Shown here in pieces: positions 57,837 to 64,000 of a stretch of DNA of 64,000 nucleotides. The first letter of the stretch is position 1. Every line of letters begins with the position of its first letter. The translations under genes were made by a program, and so were the position numbers. The stretch comes from Macrostomum lignano (Eukaryota): positions 1-64,000 of the forward strand of contig NIVC01001432.1 in assembly GCA_002269645.1 (NCBI GenBank). Direction: 5' to 3'. The notes under the pieces are model-generated. The model had not been told where the DNA came from. It saw only the letters and a program-made list of their open reading frames with translations, and did not search any database.

Positions 57837-58204
57837 GCTGCAAGTGACTGAGGCTGCATGGAGTGTGCATGGGTGTTCGCATGAAAAAGCTCTCTCACTC
57901 CCAGACACGACTGAGAATGAGCTGTCCCGACCTTTGATTTCTCCGCACGAGAGTGGCATATTGCCGCCATCTATCATCTGAGTTGTCGGGCAAAGTGGCC
58001 CAGCTGTGAACTGCCAGCTTCCTGTTCGTGCAAAGCGAGCTCAAAGATATTTTACAACCCTGTGAGGCTGTCCTGGAGTTGGGACTACCGGTAGGGCACT
58101 TACAGATGAGGCCGGTCAATGGGAAGAAGTTGAGAGCTTGTTGATTGCAGAACTGCTGGGCTGACTGTGCCTGACTGTGGAGAGGTCAAAACAATTGGAC
58201 TTTA

Positions 58205-59695
58205 CCAACCCCCTGCACTACCAACTCCCTGCACTACCAACTCCCTGCACTACCAACTCCCTGCACTACCAACTCCCTGCACTACCAACTCCCTGCACTA
58301 CCAACTCCCTGCACTACCAACTCCCTGCACCATCATCTCCCTGCACCTTCATCTCCCTGCACCAACATCTCCCTGCACCATCATCTCCCTGCACCATCAT
58401 CTCCCTGCACCATCATCTCCCTGCATCATCATCTCCCTGCACCATCATCTCCCTGCACCATCATCTCCCTGCACCATCATCTCCCTGCATCATCATCTCC
58501 CTGCACCATCATCTCCCTGCACCATCATCTCCCTGCACCATCATCTCCTTGCACCATCATCTCCTTGCACCATCATCTCCCTGCACCATCATCTCCTTGC
58601 ACCATCATCTCCCTGCACCATCATCTCCCTGCACCGTCATCTCCCTGCACCATCATCTCCCTGCACCATCATCTCCCTGCACCATCATCTCCTTGCACCA
58701 TCATCTCCTTGCACCATCATCTCCTTGCACCATCATCTCCCTGCACCATCATCTCCCTGCACCATCATCTCCCTGCACCATCATCTCCTTGCACCATCAT
58801 CTCCCTGCACCATCATCTCCCTGCACCATCATCTCCCTGCACCATCATCTCCTTGCACCATCATCTCCCTGCACCGTCATCTTATCATCTCCCTGCACCG
58901 TCATCTCCCTGCACCATCATCTCCCTGCACCATCATCTCCCTGCACCGTCATCTCCTTGCACCATCATCTCCCTGCACCATCATCTCCCTGCACCATCAT
59001 CTCCTTGCACCATCATCTCCTTGCACCATCATCTCCCTGCACCATCATCTCCCTGCACCATCATCTCCCTGCACCATCATCTCTTCTCTCTGCATCATCA
59101 TCTCCCTGCACCATCATCTCATCTCCCTGCACCATCATCTCCCTGCACCGTCATCTCCCTGCACCATCATCTCCCTGCACCATCATCTCCCTGCACCATC
59201 ATCTCCTTGCACCATCATCTCCTTGCACCATCATCTCCCTGCACCATCATCTCCCTGCACCATCATCTCCCTGCACCATCATCTCATCTCCCTGCATCAT
59301 CATCTCCCTGCACCATCATCTCCCTGCACCATCATCTCCCTGCACCATCATCTCCCTGCACCATCATCTCCCTGCACCATCATCTCCCTGCACCATCATC
59401 TCATCTCCCTGCACCATCATCTCCCTGCACCATCATCTCCCTGCACCATCATCTCCCTGCACCATCATCTCCCTGCACCATCATCTCCCTGCACCATCAT
59501 CTCCCTGCACCATCATCTCCCTGCACCATCATCTCCCTGCACCATCATCTCCCTGCATCATCATCTCCCTGCACCATCATCTCCCTGCACCATCATCTCC
59601 CTGCACCATCATCTCATCATCTCCCTGCACCATCATCTCCCTGCACCATCATCTCCCTGCACCATCATCTCACTGAACCATCATCTCCCTGCACC
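58205..59695. repeat. Two related 16-bp arrays
   Basis: CCAACTCCCTGCACTA (58205-58325), then ACCATCATCTCCCTGC. Confidence 0.98.
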
Positions 59696-59784
59696 AAAAC
59701 GATCGCTCCGAGCATCTCTGCACCTTGCAGCCTGGGAAATTTCTGCTTTACCAGCGGCACGCTACTCAGCCTCTACAGAATGCA

Positions 59785-60055
59785 GGAGTGATCAGTTCAG
59801 GAGTGATCAGTTCAGGAGTGATCAGTTCAGGAGTGATCAGTTCAGGAGTGATCAGTTCAGGAGTGATCAGTTCAGGAGTGATCAGTTCAGGAGTGATCAG
59901 TTCAGGAGTGATCAGTTCAGGAGTGATCAGTTCAGGAGTGATCAGTTCAGGAGTGATCAGTTCAGGAGTGATCAGTTCAGGAGTGATCAGTTCAGGAGTG
60001 ATCAGTTCAGGAGTGATCAGTTCAGGAGTGATCAGTTCAGGAGTGATCAGTTCAG
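59785..60055. repeat. Perfect 15-bp minisatellite
   Basis: ATCAGTTCAGGAGTG units. Confidence 0.99.
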
Positions 60056-60494
60056 CAGTTCTCTAGCACGCTTCAAGTCGCCATATCGCAGAGCGTCACT
60101 CTTCGATAGTTGTTTGCTCGCCACGAAGTGAGGAGTTGTGGGCACACGCTTGTACGCAAAGTGCTTTCGTCTTATACGGGCTCTGCTTCAGGTCGCGGCC
60201 CTCTCAGCCTCTCTCCAAACCCCTTCCCTTCTCAGCAGTGAGCTAACAGAAATCACGGACTTGAGGATCAAGTGCGAATTGAGTGGCCGATAAGCGAGTC
60301 TTCGGCCCCCTTAAATTGTTGGCTACGATGCAAATTTTCGAGCACACACGAGAGCTGGCATGTGCTCAAGACTGCCCCCAGACACTCGACTTTATCGGAG
60401 AAGGGGAGATGAGGGCAGCGGAGAGAGGCCTCCTGTCGCTTTTGCAATAATGCAGTGACAGTTATGAGCCTGAGTTGGCTGCAGTGACCGGATG

Positions 60495-61455
60495 ATGACG
60501 ACGCAGGGAGATGATGGTGCAGGGAGATGATGGTGCAGGGAGATGATGGTGCAGGGAGATGATGGTGCAGGGAGATGATGATGCAGGGAGATGAGATGAT
60601 GGTGCAGGGAGATGATGGTGCAGGGAGATGATGGTGCAGGGAGATGATGAGATGATGGTGCAGGGAGATGATGGTGCAAGGAGATGATGGTGCAGGGAGA
60701 TGATGATGCAGGGAGATGAGATGATGGTGCAGGGAGATGATGGTGCAGGGAGATGATGGTGCAGGGAGATGATGGTGCAAGGAGATGATGGTGCAAGGAG
60801 ATGATGGTGCAGGGAGATGATGGTGCAGGGAGATGATGGTGCAGGGAGATGATGGTGCAGGGAGATGATGATGCAGGGAGATGATGGTGCAAGGAGATGA
60901 TGGTGCAGGGAGATGATGGTGCAGGGAGATGATGGTGCAGGGAGATGATGAGATGACGGTGCATGGAGATGATGGTGCAGGGAGATGATGAGATGACGGT
61001 GCATGGAGATGATGGTGCAGGGAGATGACGGTGCAGGGAGATGATGAGATGACGGTGCAGGGAGATGATGAGATGACGGTGCAGGGAGATGATGGTGCAA
61101 GGAGATGATGGTGCAGGGAGATGATGATGCAGGGAGATGATGGTGCAGGGAGATGATGGTGCAGGGAGATGATGGTGCAAGGAGATGATGGTGCAAGGAG
61201 ATGATGGTGCAGGGAGATGATGGTGCAGGGAGATGATGGTGCAGGGAGATGACGGTGCAGGGAGATGATGGTGCAGGGAGATGATGGTGCAGGGAGATGA
61301 TGAGATGATGGTGCAGGGAGATGATGGTGCAAGGAGATGATGGTGCAGGGAGATGATGGTGCAGGGAGATGATGGTGCAGGGAGATGATGGTGCAGGGAG
61401 ATAATGGTGCAGGGAGATGATGGTGCAAGGAGATGATGGTGCAGGGAGATAATGG
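60495..61455. repeat. 16-bp array, inverted copy of 58325-59695
   Basis: GCAGGGAGATGATGGT is the reverse complement of ACCATCATCTCCCTGC. Confidence 0.98.
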
Positions 61456-62224
61456 TGAAAAAGTCTTAATAGCGCCAGAAATTTCAATTAGAGTCAGCAG
61501 TGGCGCACAATGAAGAGGGAAGCAACTGGATTGGAATTTCAGTCAGTCAGTCACGCAGACAGTCATGAAAAATAGAGAAATATTCTTGCCAATTTCTTCA
61601 GTGAGCTGCTCCAGGTGGCAACAGGTGGGGAGAGGTGAGCAGCCCACAAAGATGACTTTCGCTACTCCTGAGCTTCCATTATTGTCTGCACAGGAAGACA
61701 TCTCTTGAGCTTAGAAGAGCAGGCTTTCACTCTGGCTGCATTCACGCACAAAACTTTCACTGAACTGTCTTAGGTATTCACAGGCGCGCTCACTGTGAGA
61801 CGTCTGCTTGAAGGAAGGAAACAGAGTTTAACAAAGCGGGGACAAAAGGCCCTTCTTTATACCTGAGTCTACCTGGGGTGGCACTGGAGTTCAACTGCTT
61901 TCATCCCCGGGATGCTGACAGCGGCTCCATCCTGACTTCCCTATTTTCATCCCTTGGCTTTCACTCTCCCAGCCTGTCCGCAGCTCTTGCTTATTTCTGT
62001 TGGTGTTTCCGGGTCTTGAGTTGGCTTAGCGCCAGTGTAAGTCCCGGATTCGATTCCTTGCGCTGCGGGCCTTTAGTTCAGCAGAGCCGAACTGAATGCT
62101 AACTATACTTGACCGAGTATCCCTGACTTCACTCTTCCAGTATCTCTCCATCAAATCTATTCAATTTCTCCTTTCTCTGCCTTCTGTCTTCTGTCCTATC
62201 TCTCCTCTCTGTCCTCTGTTTTCC

Positions 62225-62526
62225 CACATCTCCTCTCTCATCAATTCTCTATCCTCTCGCCTCGCTTCTCTCCTCTCTCCTCTCTCCTCTCTCCTCTCTC
62301 CTCTCTCCTCTCTCCTCTCTCTCTCTCTCTCCTCTCTCCTCTCTCTCTCTCTCTCTCTCTCCTCTCTTCTCTCTCCTCTCTTCTCTCTCCTCTCTTCTCT
62401 CTCCTCTCTCTCTCTCCTCTCTCCTCTCTCTCTCTCTCTCTCTCCTCTCTCCTCTCTCCTCTCTCCTCTCTCCTCTCTCTCTCTCCTCTCTCATCTCTCC
62501 TCTCTCCTCTCTTCTCTCTCCTCTCT

Positions 62527-62570
<44 letters not shown>

Positions 62571-62660
62571 CTCTCTCCTCTCTCCTCTCTCCTCTCTCCT
62601 CTCTCCTCTCTCTCCCCTCTCTTCTCTTCTCTTTCCTCGCTCTCTTTATATCCTCTCTCC
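62225..62660. repeat. CT-rich low-complexity tract
   Basis: CTCTCCT/CTCT mosaic. Confidence 0.97.
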
Positions 62661-63169
62661 TCTGTGTCTATTTAATGAAATATCTCCCTAGTTATTTAAA
62701 TATTCGTTAAAATGACGCCATATATTAGTTTTAGCATTTTCCATGATCACTGATAAAATTCCCAGTTTCCAAATTCCACAAATCCATATTTCCGACAAAG
62801 GAGAGAAGTAGAAAAATGACCCATTTCTCACATCTTAGCGGAAACAGCGCCAACAGAAATCGTGGAGATTTCTAGTCAACTCTCAGAGCGCTGTGATTGG
62901 CTGAGAGCAGCACTGGATAGGAGTTGCTGTTCCACTGGGAAATTTCATCCCTAATAAAATTGGAGAACTGCTGAGCGTCAGACGGCACTTTGCCATTGTT
63001 TCTGCAGATCTCCTTCCAGACAGCTTCAATTCATGCTGCCTTAGCCGAATATTCCACTGACTGACAAGCCGCTTGTACTCCGCAAGATTCACCTGGATGC
63101 CATGAGTGAGTTGTTTATGATTCGCAAATCATCTGAGACATTGCTTCTCCTCTGACTATTCTCCCCTCT

Positions 63170-64000
63170 GACTCTTTTTCCTTCTGACTCTTCTCCCCTC
63201 TGACTCCCCCTCTGACTCTCCCTCTGACTCTCCCTCTGACTCTCCCTCTGACTCCCCTCTGACTCCCCCTCTGACTCCCCCTCTGACTCCCCCTCTGAAT
63301 CCCCTCTGACTCCCCCTCTGACTCCCCCTCTGACTCCCCCTGACTCTCCCTCTGACTCCCCTCTGAATCCCCCTGACTCTCCCTCTGACTCCCCCTCTGA
63401 CTCCCCCCTCTGACTCTGACTCCCTCTGACTCCCCCTCTGACTCCCCTTCTGACTCCCCCTTTGACTCCCCCTCTGACTCCCCCTCTGACTCCCCCTCTG
63501 AATCCCCCTCTGACTCCCCCTCTGACTCCCCCTCTGACTCCCACTCTGACTCCCCTCTGACTCCCCCTCTGACTCCCTCAGACTCCCCCTCTGACTCCCC
63601 TTCTGACTCCCCCTCTGACTCCCCCTCTGACTCCCCCTCTGACTCCCTCAGACTCCCCCTCTGACTCCCCTTCTGACTCCCCCTTTGACTCCCCTCTGAC
63701 TCCCCCTCAGACTCCCCCTCTGAATCCCCCTCTGACTCCCCCTCTGACTCCCCTCTGACTCCCCCTCTGACTCCCCCTCTGACTCCCCTCTGACTCCCCC
63801 TCTGAATCCCCCTCTGACTCCCCCTCTGACTCCCCCTCTGAATCCCCCTCTGACTCCCCCTCTGAATCCCCCTCTGACTCCCCCTCTGAATCCCCCTTTG
63901 ACTCCCCCTCTGACTCCCCCTCTGACTCCCCCTCTGAATCCCCCTCTGACTCCCCCTCTGAATCCCCCTCTGACTCCCCCTCTGACTCCCCCTCTGACTC
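63170..64000. repeat. 11-13-bp minisatellite running off the window
   Basis: TCTGA(C/A)TCCCCC(C) units with variable C runs. Confidence 0.98.

Noticed and set aside
60060-60490. LINE RT fragment (LPFSDKVECLGAVL)
   Set aside because: Only one weak motif; flanking frames are broken and no YADD is seen.
57110-61487. His-, Ser- or Gln-rich proteins (NQTVH, SSQSD, HHHLPAPSS)
   Set aside because: All derive from 15- and 16-bp repeats.
62096-62710. Leu/Ser-rich membrane protein
   Set aside because: Translation of a CT low-complexity tract.
61500-63170. Further minus-strand exons between the arrays
   Set aside because: Coding-like patches and some splice signals exist, but frames are interrupted and no consistent model or domain emerged.

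Overview
Eukaryotic (metazoan) genomic DNA with GC-rich exons, AT-rich introns and very dense minisatellites. The style suggests a free-living flatworm such as Macrostomum, but this is inference only. Most long ORFs in the track are artefacts of tandem repeats. Reading splice sites and phases by hand gives these minus-strand genes: an LRR protein (3455 to beyond the left edge), an ICE2/NARG2 orthologue (12312-6134, six coding exons), a type-I membrane protein with discoidin-like and Ig-like parts (24719-17437), and two paralogous signal-peptide/CUB-like genes (32266-26149 and 56064 to about 52115). There is also an orphan near-identical copy of two Ig-like exons (about 33672-34375) and a small plus-strand secreted-protein gene (49570-50386). 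Mobile DNA comprises a 5'-truncated Ty3/Gypsy pol, two tRNA-derived SINEs, an hAT-type MITE with an 8-bp TSD, a LINE-like insert in a ~272-bp satellite and a ~1.4-kb foldback. The most unusual stretch is about 44.3-48.9 kb: an LTR-like segment, three tandem tRNA-Leu-like primer-binding sites, a gag with an expanded internal repeat, a phased GGGAAAC slippery site but no pol, then a Penelope-type minimal hammerhead ribozyme followed by reverse-complement telomeric repeats. Several genes carry single-base frameshifts that may be long-read consensus errors. No database searches were run; all homology calls rest on motifs recalled from known families.
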